Below the pieces are notes generated by a model that saw only the letters and a list, made by a program, of their open reading frames with translations, ran no database searches and was not told the origin of the DNA. 64,000 nt of DNA from assembly GCA_002189035.1 (NCBI GenBank), contig NEEC01000004.1:806001-870000 (forward strand), in the 5' to 3' direction. Numbering within the stretch: position 1 is the stretch's first letter; each line of letters begins with the position of its first letter. Positions 24,801-37,577 of this stretch are shown here, in pieces. This DNA comes from Utricularia gibba (taxonomy: Eukaryota; Plantae; Magnoliophyta). The position numbers and the translations under genes were made by a program.

Positions 24801-27800
24801 TAAGATATTTGGCACCGGAATTTGTGGATACAAAGTCAGAGAAATTTGATATTAAAACTAGAAAGAGGCTTTTTGATCTTCTCCTCTCCTGGAGTGATGA
24901 CACGGGCAGTACATGGAGTCAGGAGGGGGTTAGCGATTATCGGCGTGAAGTTGAGCGATACAAGTCAAATCAGCATTCAAGATCAAAAGATTCCATAGAT
25001 AAGCTCTCATTTGACAAAGAGTTGAGTGAACAAGTTGAGGCAATACAACGGGCCTCCATGAATGCAATGGCTTCGCTGTTATATGGGCCTTGCTTTGATG
25101 ACAATGCAAGAAAGATGAGCGGTCGGGTAATATCTTGGATCAATAGCTTGTTCATTGAGCCTGCTCCCAGGGTACCTTTTGGCTTTTCACCTGCAGACCC
25201 AAGAACTCCATCTTACTCAAAATTTAATGGAGATGGAGTTAGAGGAGCAACAAACCGTGATAAGCAAAGAGGGTTTTATAAAGTTTCTCTTGCTAAATTA
25301 GCATTGAGGAACCTGCTTCTAACCAATCTGGATCTCTTTCCTGCCTGCATTGATCAGGTAATTACAGAAGAAAATGTTTACCTTATATGCAAAAATTTAT
25401 ACAGGAAGTTTATAATTCAATGGTACCATGATGAGAACACATGAAGGTTACTCATATCCACCTCTTATGTCGTTTTTAAAGCTGCATAAATCATTGCATG
25501 TTTTGTTTCCACTGGGATCATTGTTAATAGTTAATGTTTATGCAGTGCTATTATTCCGATGCCGCAATAGCAGATGGCTACTTCAGTGTGCTGGCTGAAG
25601 TCTACATGCGTCAAGAGATACGATGTGAGATTCAGAGGCTTTTGAGCCTTATCCTATACAAAGTGGTAGATCCATCAAGACAAATTCGTGATGATGCTCT
25701 TCAAATGCTAGAAACCCTTTCTGCTCGTGAATGGGCTGAGGATGGTGCCGAGGGCCCAGGAAGTTATCATGCAGCTGTTGTTGGAAACCTTCCTGATTCT
25801 TATCAACAATTCCAGTATAAACTATCGTGCAAACTTGCTAGAGATCATCCAGAATTGAGCCAACTTCTCAGTGAGGAAATCATGCAAAGGCAGCTAGATG
25901 CAGTGGACATAATTGCACAGCATCAGGTCTTGACATGCATGGCTCCTTGGATAGAAAATTTAAATTTTTGGAAACTGAAGGATTCTGGATGGAGCGAAAG
26001 ATTATTAAAGAGCCTATATTATGTCACTTGGAGACATGGAGATCAGTTCCCTGATGAAATTGAGAAATTGTGGAGTACAATAGCAAGCAAACCCAGGAAT
26101 ATAAGTCCCGTTCTGGATTTCTTGATCACCAAGGGTATCGAGGATTGTGATTCGAATGCATCAGCTGAAATAAGTGGAGCATTTGCCACATACTTCTCCG
26201 TTGCCAAGAGAGTTAGCTTATATTTAGCTCGAATTTGTCCGCAACGTACAATTGATCACTTGGTTTACCAACTGGCTCAGCGAATGCTCGAAGATACTGT
26301 GGAACCGCTGGGACCTGTCACGAGTAAGGTTGATGCTGTAGGGGGGATGGTTTTGGAATTTTCACAGGCTCCTGCAGTGCCCCAAATTACTTCACTCGTT
26401 GACAATCAACCTCATATGTCACCTTTGCTTGTCAGAGGATCTCTTGAGGCACCACTGAGGAACACCAGCGGAAGCTTAAGCTGGAGAACCTCTGCTGTTG
26501 GTGGGCGAAGTGCTTCAGGTCCATTGACACCCATGACTCCGGAACTTAATATCGTTCCTGTAACAGCTGGTCGATCTGGACAACTGCTTCCAGCATTAGT
26601 CAATATGTCTGGGCCCCTGATGAGCGTCAGAAGCTCAACAGGAAGCCTACGAAGCCGTCATGTATCTCGAGACAGTGGTGATTATCTCATAGACACTCCG
26701 AACTCTGGTGAGGACGGATTGCTTTCAGGAGTTGGAACACATGGTGTCAACGCTAAAGAACTTCAGTCTGCATTACAAAGCCATCAGCAGCACACATTGA
26801 CCCAGGCAGACATTGCACTGATCTTGCTTGCTGAAATTGCATACGAGAATGATGAAGACTTTCGGGGGCATCTGGCATTGCTATTCCATGTAACATTTGT
26901 CTCAATGGACAGTTCAGAGGATATCGTGTTGGAACATTGCCAACATCTTCTTGTCAATCTGTTATACTCGCTGGCAGGCAGGCACTTGGAACTGTATGAT
27001 GTTGAGAACAGTGATGGTGAAAATAAGCAGCAGGTTGTTAGCTTGATCAAATATGTGCAATCAAAGAGGGGTAGCATGATGTGGGAAAATGAAGATCCCA
27101 CGTTGATAAGAACGGAGCTTCCGAGTGCAGCACTTCTATCTGCTCTGGTGCAGAGCATGGTGGATGCCATATTTTTCCAAGGTGATCTTAGAGAAACTTG
27201 GGGTGCAGAGGCACTTAAATGGGCCATGGAGTGCACATCACGGCATCTTGCATGTCGGTCACATCAAATATACCGTGCACTGCGGCCCCGTGTCACCAAT
27301 GATGCTTGTGTTTCTCTTCTTCGCTGTTTGCACCGGTGCCTGGGTAATCCTGTACCAGCTGTTTTGGGCTTTGTCATGGAAATTCTGTTGACTCTGCAAG
27401 TGATGGTGGAAAACATGGAGCCTGAAAAGGTCATACTTTATCCCCAGCTCTTCTGGGGCTGCGTTGCAATGATGCATACAGACTTTATTCATGTCTACTG
27501 CCAGGTGCTTGAGCTTTTCTGCCGAGTAATTAGCCGTCTGTCTTTCCGTGACACGACCACGGAGAATGTCCTCCTTTCAAGCATGCCTCGTGATGAGCCT
27601 GACACAAATAGTTCAGATACCCCTGAATTTGAGCGGAGGAACAGCTTGGAAGCATCAACATCAGCTTCAAGGGTCCCGGCATTTGAAGGAGTGCAACCTC
27701 TTGTGCTCAAGGGCCTCATGTCCCACATCAGCCATGATGTTTCTATTGAAGTCCTCTCCCAGATAACAGTGCCTTGTTGTGATTCAATATTTGGTGATAC

Positions 27801-28608
27801 AGAGACACGACTCCTCAGACACATTATGGGCCTACTTCCCTGGCTTTGCCTACAGCTCAATAAGGACAACGTGGGGTCTGTTAGTCCAACTCAAAAGCAG
27901 CCTCAGGAGGCTCGCTCAGTCGCAGCAAATATCGCAATCTGGTGTCGAGCCAAATCACTAGACGAACTAGCGACCGTGTTCATTGCTTACTCCTCCGGTG
28001 AGATAAAAGGTACTGAAAACCTTCTTGCTTGCGTATCCCCGCTTATGTGCAACGCCTGGTTTCCAAAACACTCTTCTCTAGCCTTTGGACACCTCCTAAG
28101 ACTTCTAGAGAAAGGGCCGGACGACTATCAGCGTGTCATACTTGTGATGCTGAAGGCTCTGCTTCAGCACACTCAGGTAGATGCCGCCCAGAGCCCCCAC
28201 ATGTATGCTATTGTCTCCCAGCTGGTGGAAAGCACTCTCTGCTGGGAAGCTCTCAGCGTCCTCGAGGCACTCCTACAAAGCTGCAGCTCCTTGCCAGGGC
28301 TGCTCCCACTGGATGCAGCAGGATCAGGATCCATGGAGAATGGCTTTGGCACCATGGAAGAGAAGATAACTCTTGTTCCTCAGACCTCTTTCAAGGCCCG
28401 AAGCGGACCTCTACAGTTCGCCGGATTCGGGTTCGGATTCCCTCCTGGACAAGCTAGCAACCCGACAGAATCCGGTGTTTCTGCAAAAGAACAGGCCTTG
28501 CAGAACTCACGGTTGATGCTGGGGCGAGTGCTTGATGGCTGTGCTCTTGGTAGGCGTAGAGACTATAGAAGACTCGTCCCTTTCGTAAGCACCCTCGGAA
28601 ATGCATAG
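18831..28608 (+). CDS. FRY: Furry/MOR2/TAO3 (PAG1) cell-morphogenesis scaffold, ARM-repeat; one -1 frameshift as assembled
   Basis: Starts [30 protein letters not shown]. Multi-exon, with a large last exon ending [22 protein letters not shown] intron 20452-20778. Exon 23704-23925 is 1 nt short (C-run 23830-23834). Confidence 0.92.
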
Positions 28609-28788
28609 GGGCGCACGGTGGCAGTACCCAGGTTTTCCCTTCTAAGCTTTTGCCAGTAACTGTAAATAACATTAATGTAGCTGTGCTTATGTCCTCCTAC
28701 ACAAGCAATTTATCAAAATTTTGTCTATGTTGCAAGTAGCTTCATTACATGCTGTGTCTGAAAAGGTTTTCCACTGTTCCTCTGGTAT

Positions 28789-30385
28789 TTAGCCTTGAAA
28801 ACTCTCATGCATAGTGATTTCCCTCCTGAGCAGCTCTTGCAGGAAGTCATTCCAGGAATCTATGGGGCCTGGCAAGCACCAGTGCACACAGTCATTGGGA
28901 AATGACTCATTTGCCCCCGACCACCGTCCGTATTTACTCGGGTGCCCATCGGGTCTCAACAGCATTGCCCTCGTGACGTCGAATAGCTTGAACTTCCCGC
29001 TGTTCTTCTTCCCCTTGGCTTTCTGCGCGATTCTCAGCTCCTCCAGTTGAATCAGGTACATCTCTAGACTGTAGTCCTCCAGGACTACGTCGGTTCGCTT
29101 GAACGGCCTCGTTCGTACGCAATCGCCGCCCTTGTCCCACGCCGCCCCTCGAAATGCGACGGCGCGTAGGTCCTCAGAAACGTCACGCCGTTGAAATGCG
29201 ACTCCATGATCGCTCGGAAAGCTGTACGGAAGGCGCGGCGGTAACTGAAGAAGGATGTGAGGTGCGAGATGTTGGTTTCGGGGCAGTATAGGCAACCGAC
29301 GATGCGTTTTTTGTCGAAGAAATAGGTTGGCCGGAAGAACCAATGGCCGGCGGAGATGATCAGGAAGTCGTGGGACGCGATTTGCGCTCCCCAGTGCGTG
29401 TCGGATTCGTCTAGGTATAGTTTGAAGGGACGCTTTTCATCTTCGTCGTCTGTTCTCTCTGTTCTCACCAGATACGGCGCCCAGAACATCGAAATGTTGA
29501 AATCGTGTTCTGTGAATTCGTAGCGCTTGTTCTGATCCAACGGATGTGAATCGTCCACAGGATCTGCAACCTGAGAATTACATCAGAAAATAGTCTCCGT
29601 CTCAACGGAAAAGGTGGAAGAGAACATACCCCGGACAGGAGACAGATCAGTGACTGCATGTGATTCCGCGCAACGGAATCCCCAACGAACGCGATTGATT
29701 TACCCCTGACAAGACGAAGAAAGCGCTCCGCGTCAAACGCCGGCAGCTCGCAGCCGTCGGGCTTCCACCGCCATTTTAGGTAATCCCGATCCGGCCTACC
29801 GAACTTCAAGCAATTCTGATGCTCCTGAATCGCATTGCAGGTCTCGTTGGTGTAGTACGGCCCATCAAAATTCGGTACCCAGTCTCCAGAAAACAGGTCG
29901 CACTCCTTGTCATTCATCACCTTTGATCTCACCATAGCACGCTCATTGCTACTGCTTCTGTGATTGCTCCTTTTGATCCTAACCCTGACTTCATCTCTAC
30001 TTGATCTCTCCTCCTTTTTGCTTCCCTGTTTTATAAATTCTCTATGGGTTGTCATTGCGTGATTTCCTTGAATCTCCTCCTCTTGCTTCTCTGAATATGC
30101 CTTTGGGGATGGAACATCATCTGGTCCTTTCCCGGCCACCTCCATTTCGATATGGGGGACGACTACATCCAGCTGGTAGCTCGGGGTCTTCCCGGTTTCA
30201 AAAAGGTACGATTCTCCTTCCCCTGAAACTGAAGTTCTGTGCAATTTCTTTGAAGAATCTTTGAGTATTAGATAATACAATGGGAAAGTCACGAATACGG
30301 TGAGGGCTATAACGTGAGCAACTCTCAATGGCCTTCTTTTAGATTGAGTCTTTCCCATAGGAAGTTCAGCTGCCTGAAACTTCAT
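28789..30385 (-). CDS. TBL: TRICHOME BIREFRINGENCE-LIKE polysaccharide O-acetyltransferase (TBL19-21-like); one -1 frameshift as assembled
   Basis: N-terminal TM helix, CDLFSGDW (PMR5N), GDS motif (FVGDSVARN) and catalytic DCVHWCLPG. Exon 1 29630-30385, 59-nt intron, exon 2 28789-29570. Frameshift at C-run 29145-29148. Confidence 0.9.
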
Positions 30386-30783
30386 TCCTTTTTGTCCTTT
30401 CTGGGTTGACACATGTTGAAGAAGGGGCGAACCCCTCTCCAAATTCAAAGGTCAAACCGTGAAAGAAGCATTGCCTAATTTTTGCCAAAAATGTGCGTTT
30501 AGGAGGAAATTATCATCAATATGAAGGAAATGTGTCATAAGTGTTTATTTCTCTCTATGAGATTCTTGCAATTGCTCAATAGGTGTTGTCTTATTCCAAA
30601 ACTTAATATATAATTTTTTTTAAAAAAAATAATATCCTTTTTTTCTTTTTATTTATAAGTTATTGTGCAATGGTAGTTTTATTTTATTAAGAAATGTCAT
30701 GGCTGACACGCCAGAAAGGAAATTGATCAACAGGCAGAGGTGAAGGGGAAAGCAGTCCAGTCCTTGTCGGTGGAACTCTGTTT

Positions 30784-32457
30784 TCACTTCAAAAGCTCCA
30801 TGATCCAAGAGAGGTATGCGCAGCAGACTTTGCGGAAGTCTTTGAACCCGGCGGCGACGGCGAGGGCGTGATATTCCTCTTCTGTCCTCTCCCTGCCGCC
30901 GGGGTTATACCCCAGCATGATGATGTCAGCATGCGCGACGATTTGTGTAGCCAGGGAATGGTCAGGGGCATTTGGGAGAATGCACTCCACGAGGATCAGC
31001 TTTCCGTTGGCCGGAAGTGACTCATAGCAGTTCCTGAGGAACTTCTTGCAGTGCTCGTCGCTCCAGTCATGGCAGATCCACTGCATTGATTTGTAGGGAA
31101 GAGGTAAGTGCTCTGATCCATAGGGATTTTCAGTCACCCAGAAAATGCTTCATCCTTAAAGGAACATCATCAATGAAGAGGTTCACCTTCATGAAAATGG
31201 CGTCTCCTTTCGGGACACTCACGAACATGTCTCCACCAACATGTTCCACCCCTACGGAAATGACACAAAAACCCATGAAGAACAGTTTAAACTTCCGAAA
31301 GTAGAAGGGTATGTGGGGGAAATACCGGGATAGGGAGGGGCGTCACGAACAACGTGCTCCAGGTCGAAGTTGATGGCCCTGATGTGGGGGTACTTGGACA
31401 CAATCATGTGAAGGGAGGCGCCGGTTCCGCCGCCGACGTCCACGACGGTGGAGACGCCGTCGAAGCCGTCGTAGGAATCCAGGAGCTTTTTCATGGTGAT
31501 GGTGGAGGTGTTCGACATTGCGGCGTTGAATATCCTGTTGAACCTGGGATCGGTGCCGTGGTACTCAAACGCCGTCATCCCGTAGGCCTTGTTGAACGGA
31601 ACCCCACCCTCCAGCACCGCGTCTTTCAGATGATACCTTTTTTTGTAAAAAATACCTATTTTAGAAGTTGGAAATCATAAATGTAAATGGGCCCCCCAAG
31701 ACCCCATCAACACCGATAGGTGATGTGGTATTGTGGACGATGACTGCGCTGCACATGCACCAACATGCTAGTAAAATAAACTACATAAATATTTTTTAAA
31801 AAAAAATTAGGAAAAAATTATTGTCAATGAGTAATGAATAATTACAATTACGATCTGCACCTATCTCCAAAATCAAAGTCCAAAGCATGTAAGAAACCAT
31901 CACTAAATTTCACACTACGCAAAGTGCTCGCCTTCAATCACAAATGTAGCCAACGTTCTCATATGATATTATTTCTTTTTTTTTCGGAATAAAATATAGT
32001 TTTCTAATTGAAAATTGCGGAAAACCGAAGAAGCGTTACCAGCTCTCCATGAGGACTTTATCGTGATTCATGAGTAGCAACGGTGCCACAGATACTCCGT
32101 CCTCGTTCTTGGTCAGAAACTTGCAAACCGGCGCGAGACCGTAACGGCGCTCAACTCGGCCGTCGGTGAGCTCCGTCACCTCACAATCGAGCACCGAGTA
32201 GCACGCCAGGAGACGGAGGATCCTGTCGAGCATCACCGGAGCCAGGGGATTGACGGCCGGGATCTGCGCGGCGAGCTCCGTCGCGGAGACGAAAGCGCCG
32301 ACGCCAGATTTCTTGATGAGCTCCAGCAGATCCAGTTCCACGGCGCATTTGAGGACCATGGGGAGCACGGAGGCGCTGGCTAGCCGCAGCGCGTAAAAGA
32401 AAGCGTCTTCGTCCGAGACGACGTCGCATCGGGGGAATTCTTCTCGATCGAGCCCAT
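30784..32457 (-). CDS. COMT: Caffeic acid O-methyltransferase-like, copy 1 (divergent pocket; -1 frameshift 9 codons after the ATG)
   Basis: Exons 32040-32457, 31326-31636, 31187-31251, 30784-31080. SAM motif VDVGGGTG and catalytic WICHDW. ATG 32457 is out of frame with the rest by one base at G-run 32431-32435. May be a pseudogene or an assembly error. Confidence 0.8.
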
Positions 32458-33605
32458 GGGGATTTGGGTGTGATCCAGAAGAAGTTGATAACACTCCCTC
32501 CCTCAAGCCCTCTCCGATAAATAAAACTGGCGTAGAGCCGAGTGGGGCCCAGGCCCTCGACCCCAAACCAAACCAAGTGAACTCCACAGTAGGTAGGGGG
32601 CAGTATTATCATAACTACTTTTCCAAAATACTCTATTTTTGTGGTGATTTACATAAATACCCTCGCCAGAAATAGAATGTCCATCTTCTTCTTCCTCCAT
32701 CTCTTCTGATTTCCGACACGAATTTCGCCGTCTTTAAAGTCATTTTTACCTGAAAGACGACGGCGCGGGGAGCCAAATCATCTGCTGACGTCAGCAATCC
32801 ATCCAACGGCGTCCCCGTCAACCGCTTTCTAGATCAGATGCCGGCTCTCCCAAAAGCTTGGGAACCTCATGTACGATTTTCATATATTATTTAATTTATA
32901 GTATTAAATAGTATCAAACATATGATTAACATATATTATGGAGTTATGGGTGTTTTCACTTGGTTTAATGTCTATATTTATCATTAGTTTAATATCACGA
33001 GGCAGTCCACAAACCCCCGATGCGGCATGGTTAGCAATTGATCCGGTAAAACGTCACATATTTATAATTCTGCACGTGTATCATTTATTATATTTTCTTT
33101 TTAGAAGTCTTTAGATATATACAAACTTTTAAAGACTCCGCATGAATCACATGCACCCCCCAATTCAAAGGTCGAATCAGATGTGAAACCTAAAGCATGT
33201 TGTCAATGTTTATTTCTATGGAAAATTAAAGTAAAATTTTTTAAGTATATAATATATTATGAATTATTAGTAATCGATTGGATATAATTTTTTTAAAATG
33301 ATTTACTTGATATATTGAATAATTAATTTCAATATATGATATTATTGGCATTGCTCAATTGGGGGTTATGTTATTTTTATTTTAAAATTTAAAATATGAT
33401 TTTTTTTTAAGGAAAAATGTGATGAAACATATTACAAATTGTGTTGAAAAATAAAAGTCTTTTTTTTTTTATATATCGTGCAATGTAGTTGTACTTTATT
33501 AAGAAACGTCGGTTGCAAAGATGCGAGTGGGTGAACAAAGGAAGAGGTTGATCAACAGACAGAGGTGGAAGTGGGAAGCGGTCGTTGTCTGTGGAACCCT
33601 TTTTT

Positions 33606-35143
33606 TCACTTGGAAAGCTCCATGATCCAAGAGAAGTTGTAGGCGCAGCAGACTTTACGGAACTCTTTGAACCCGGCGGCGACGGCGAGGGAGCGGAATT
33701 CCTCTTCTGTCCTCTCTTTGCCGCCGGGGTTGTGCCCCAACATGATGATGTCGACATGGACAACGTTTTGTGTGGCGAGGGAGTGGTCAGGGGCATTTGG
33801 GAGAATAGACTCCACCAGGATCACCTTTCCGGTGGCCGGAAGCGACTCATAGCAGTTCCTGAGGACCTTCTTGCAGTGCTCGTCGCTCCAGTCATGGCAA
33901 ATCCACTGCATCGATTGATGTTACTTGAGATTGTTGAAATCGTGAAAGGAAATTCAACTCAAGTAGACGCACCTTCATGAGAATGGCATCTGCTTTGGGG
34001 ACGCTCACGAACATGTCTCCTCCGACATGCTCGATACCTGGAGAAATGGCAAGAATGCCGCTCAAGCTCAAAACCTGCAGGGAAATGAACCAGAAGAGCA
34101 GCCATGTAACGCGAGAATGTGAGAACCTGGATACGGGGGGCGTCACGAACAACGTGCTCGAGGTCGAAGTTGATGCCCCTGATGTGGGGTACTTGGACAC
34201 GATCATATGAAGGGAGGCGCCGGTTCCGCCGCCGACGTCCACAACGTTAGAGACGCCGTCGAAGCCATCGTAGGAATCCAGGAGCTTTTTCATGGTGATG
34301 GTGGAGTGGTTGGACATTCCGTTGTTGAAGATCTTGTTGAACCTGGGATCGGTGCCGTGGTACTCGAACGCCGTCATCCCGTAGGCCTTGTTGAACGGAA
34401 CCCCACCCTCCAGCACCGCGTCTTTCAGATGATACCTGCAATCCAACTTCGACCATTAATTACTACAAGTAAACACCATCCCCACCTATCAGCTCCGGAT
34501 TCAGTGTTAACCATTAAATGACCTCTGCGCTGCGCTGAACTTTCAGAAGCATAAATGCCTCAGACCACCGACGGTAAAATTGTACCAAGTTTCTGATATG
34601 GATTTTCAAAATTTTTACAATGCTAACGAAACCCTAACCACAGCCCTTCAAACTGCATGTGTAAACCCAAACGAAGCTTTTTTGTTTTTCTGCTGTCAGT
34701 TTAGGGTTTGTTATTAAACCAGCGTACCAGCTCTCCATGAGGACCTTATCCTGATTCATGAGCAGTAACGGCACCAGGGAGACGCCGTCCTCGTTCCTCG
34801 TCAGAAACTTGCAAACAGGAGCGAGACCGTAACGGCGTTCGGTTCGGCCGTCAGGGAGGGCCTTGGCCTCGCAATGCAGCACCGAGTAGCACGCCAGGAG
34901 ACGGAGCATTCTATCGATCATCTCCGACGCCAGGGGATTGGCGGTGGCGATCTGCTCCGCGAGCTCCACCGCCGAGACGAAAGCGCCGGTGTCGGATCTC
35001 TTGATCAGCTCCAGCAGATCCAGCTCCACGGCGGCTCTGAGAACCATCGGTAGCACGGAGGCGCTGGCCAGCTTCTTGGCCAACAAGAAAGCCTCCTCAT
35101 CGGAAACGGAGTCGTCATGGAGGGAATACGCGATTGAACCCAT
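33606..35143 (-). CDS. COMT: Caffeic acid O-methyltransferase-like, copy 2 (two -1 frameshifts in exon 2 as assembled)
   Basis: Exons 34728-35143, 34127-34435 (309 nt versus 311 in the paralogs), 33973-34037, 33606-33905. Missing bases at G-runs 34186-34189 and 34135-34140. Confidence 0.8.
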
Positions 35144-35211
35144 GCGAGTGAGCGAAGCGAGTGGTGCGCTTGTGCGAGAAACACGTCACGAGTCTTATAG
35201 CCCAATAGCTC

Positions 35212-35218
35212 ACCTACC
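35212..35218 (+). promoter_or_regulatory. AC element (ACCTACC) upstream of COMT copy 2
   Basis: Exact AC-I word ~70 bp upstream of the ATG. AC elements are established MYB sites of phenylpropanoid/lignin genes. Confidence 0.4.
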
Positions 35219-35730
35219 CGCCCACGTGGTCAACCGGTAGTCAACAAAACCCTGCACCCTATTTATTTACCAGATAAGCTTCCTTCATTTATCTACTTTT
35301 TTTCCACATATGAAATTTAACTCATTTTTCAGTTTATTTGTAATTTTGTATTGAATCTCTTGTAAATGGATGGAAGCCTATTAAACCATTTTAAAAACTT
35401 ATTTAAAATAAAAATAATTATAAATTTAATATTTCAAATTTTAGAATAATTTTAATTTTTTTATTGAAAATTATTGAATCAAATAAAAAATAATGAGAAT
35501 AATGCACACTATGACTCGCATTCGTGGATCATATTGACAAGCTGTATTTGATAAAAATTATATACATAGGAAAAAAACATAAATAGAGCTGTTAAAAGTT
35601 ATGGATTTTATGTTTTTGAAACCAAGACAATTTAACACGAAAAGCTTTTATTATTTTGGGGATATTTTATACATAAATATCTCAATATTTTATCAATGAA
35701 GGGCAAATTGGGAAAGGTGTATGCTCCTCC

Positions 35731-37427
35731 TCATTTGGAAAGCTCCATGATCCAAGAGAAGTTGTAGGCGCAGCAGACTTTACGGAACTCTTTGAACCCG
35801 GCGGCGACGGCGAGGGCGCGGAATTCCTCTTCTGTCCTCTCTTTGCCGCCGGGGTTGTGCCCCAACATGATGATGTCAACATGGACAACGTTTTGTGTGG
35901 CGAGGGAGTGGTCAGGGGCATTTGGGAGAATAGACTCCACCAGGATCACCTTTCCGGTGGCCGGAAGCGACTCATAGCAGTTCCTGAGGACCTTCTTGCA
36001 GTGCTCGTCGCTCCAGTCATGGCATATCCACTGCATAAATTTGTACGGAAGAGATCAATTCCACTTTGGATTCAGTCACCCAGAAATTGCTTCATCCTTA
36101 AAGGAACATTATCAACGAAGAGGCTCACCTTCATGAAAATGGCGTCTCCCTTAGGGACACTCACGAACATGTCTCCACCAACATGTTCCACCCCTACGGA
36201 AATGACACAAACACCCATCAGGATCAGTTTAAACTTCCGAAAGCAGGAGGGCATGTGGGGAAATACCGGGATAGGGAGGGGCGTCACGAACAACGTGCTC
36301 CAGGTCGAAGTTGATGGCCCTGATGTGGGGGTACTTGGACACAATCATGTGAAGGGAGGCGCCGGTTCCGCCGCCGACGTCCACGACGGTGGAGACGCCG
36401 TCGAAGCCGTCGTAGGAATCCAGGAGCGTTTTCATGGTGATGGTGGAGTGGTTCGACATTCCGTTGTTGAAGATCTTGTTGAACCTGGGATCGGTGCCGT
36501 GGTACTCAAACGCCGTCATCCCGTAGGCCTTGTTGAACGGGATCCCGCCGTCGAGAACCGCGTCTTTCAGATGATACCTATTTCACAAGTCGGAAAGTAA
36601 TAAAGTCAAGTCTCCCGTGGGGCCCACTACGACCCGACCTTGATGCGGTCTTGTGGATTATGACTGCACATGCACTAACGTAGTCGTAAAATAAGCCTAT
36701 GGGGGATCACGTAAATCGTTTTTTTAAAGTAAAAATAAATATTTTTTCATAAAAATCGTTTTTTAAATAACTATTTCATCACATAAATCATTTGAAAAAA
36801 ATAATAATAAATATTTTGTCACATAAATCGTTGTTTTCAAAGGAGGTGTGAAACCATTGCTAAATTTCACGGTAGGCCAAGAGTCAACCGTTTGTGGATC
36901 ATTTGATGACTTCTGCGGCCAATGCTCTCATGTGATATGATTATTCCTTTTTTTGGTATATAAAAAAAGCCTTTTTTAACTGAAAATTGGGGAAAGAAGA
37001 AGAAGCGTTACCAGCTCTCCATGAGAACCTTATCCTGATTCATGAGTAGCAACGGCGCCACCGATACTCCGTCCTCGTTCTTGGTCAGAAACTTACTAAT
37101 CGGCGCCAGAGCGTAACGGCGCTCAATTCGGCCGTCGCTGAGCTCCTTCACCTCGCAGTCGAGCACCGAGTAGCACGCCAGGAGTCGGAGGATCCTGTCG
37201 AGCATCACCGGAGCCAGGGGATTGACGGCCGGAATCTTCGCGGCGAGCTCCGCCGCGGAGACGAAAGCGCCACCTCCGGATTTCTTGATCAGCTCCAGCA
37301 GATCCAGTTCCAGGGCGGATTTGAGAACCATGGGGAGCACGGAGGCGCTGGCTAGCCGCAGCGCGAACAAGAAAGCTTCTTCGTCCGAAACGACGTCGGA
37401 TCGGGGGAGATTCTCGATCGAACCCAT
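35731..37427 (-). CDS. COMT: Caffeic acid O-methyltransferase-like, copy 3 (intact, 363 aa)
   Basis: Exons 37012-37427, 36267-36577, 36129-36193, 35731-36030 sum to 1092 nt with no stops. Canonical LMNQDK, MSNHS, DVGGGTG, WICHDW and [13 protein letters not shown] motifs. Confidence 0.93.
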
Positions 37428-37536
37428 CTGGATTTCGGTGTGATTAAGTATTTGATAGACACTCTTGCCAAGGCCCCTCCATATAAATAAACCTGCGTAG
37501 CACTCGGGTGGGGCCCAGAAAGCCACCAGCTCATCA

Positions 37537-37577
37537 ACCAACCATGTGGAGCCCACATTAGGTAGAGCAGACCAACC
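37537..37577 (+). promoter_or_regulatory. Two AC-II elements (ACCAACC) upstream of COMT copy 3
   Basis: accaacc at 37537-37543 and 37571-37577, just upstream of a TATA-like tatttata on the minus strand. Confidence 0.4.

Noticed and set aside
28789-37427. Specialised-metabolism gene cluster (TBL acyltransferase + OMTs)
   Set aside because: TBLs act on cell-wall polysaccharides and there is no scaffold enzyme (TPS, PKS, OSC) or P450. This is a tandem array, not a pathway cluster.
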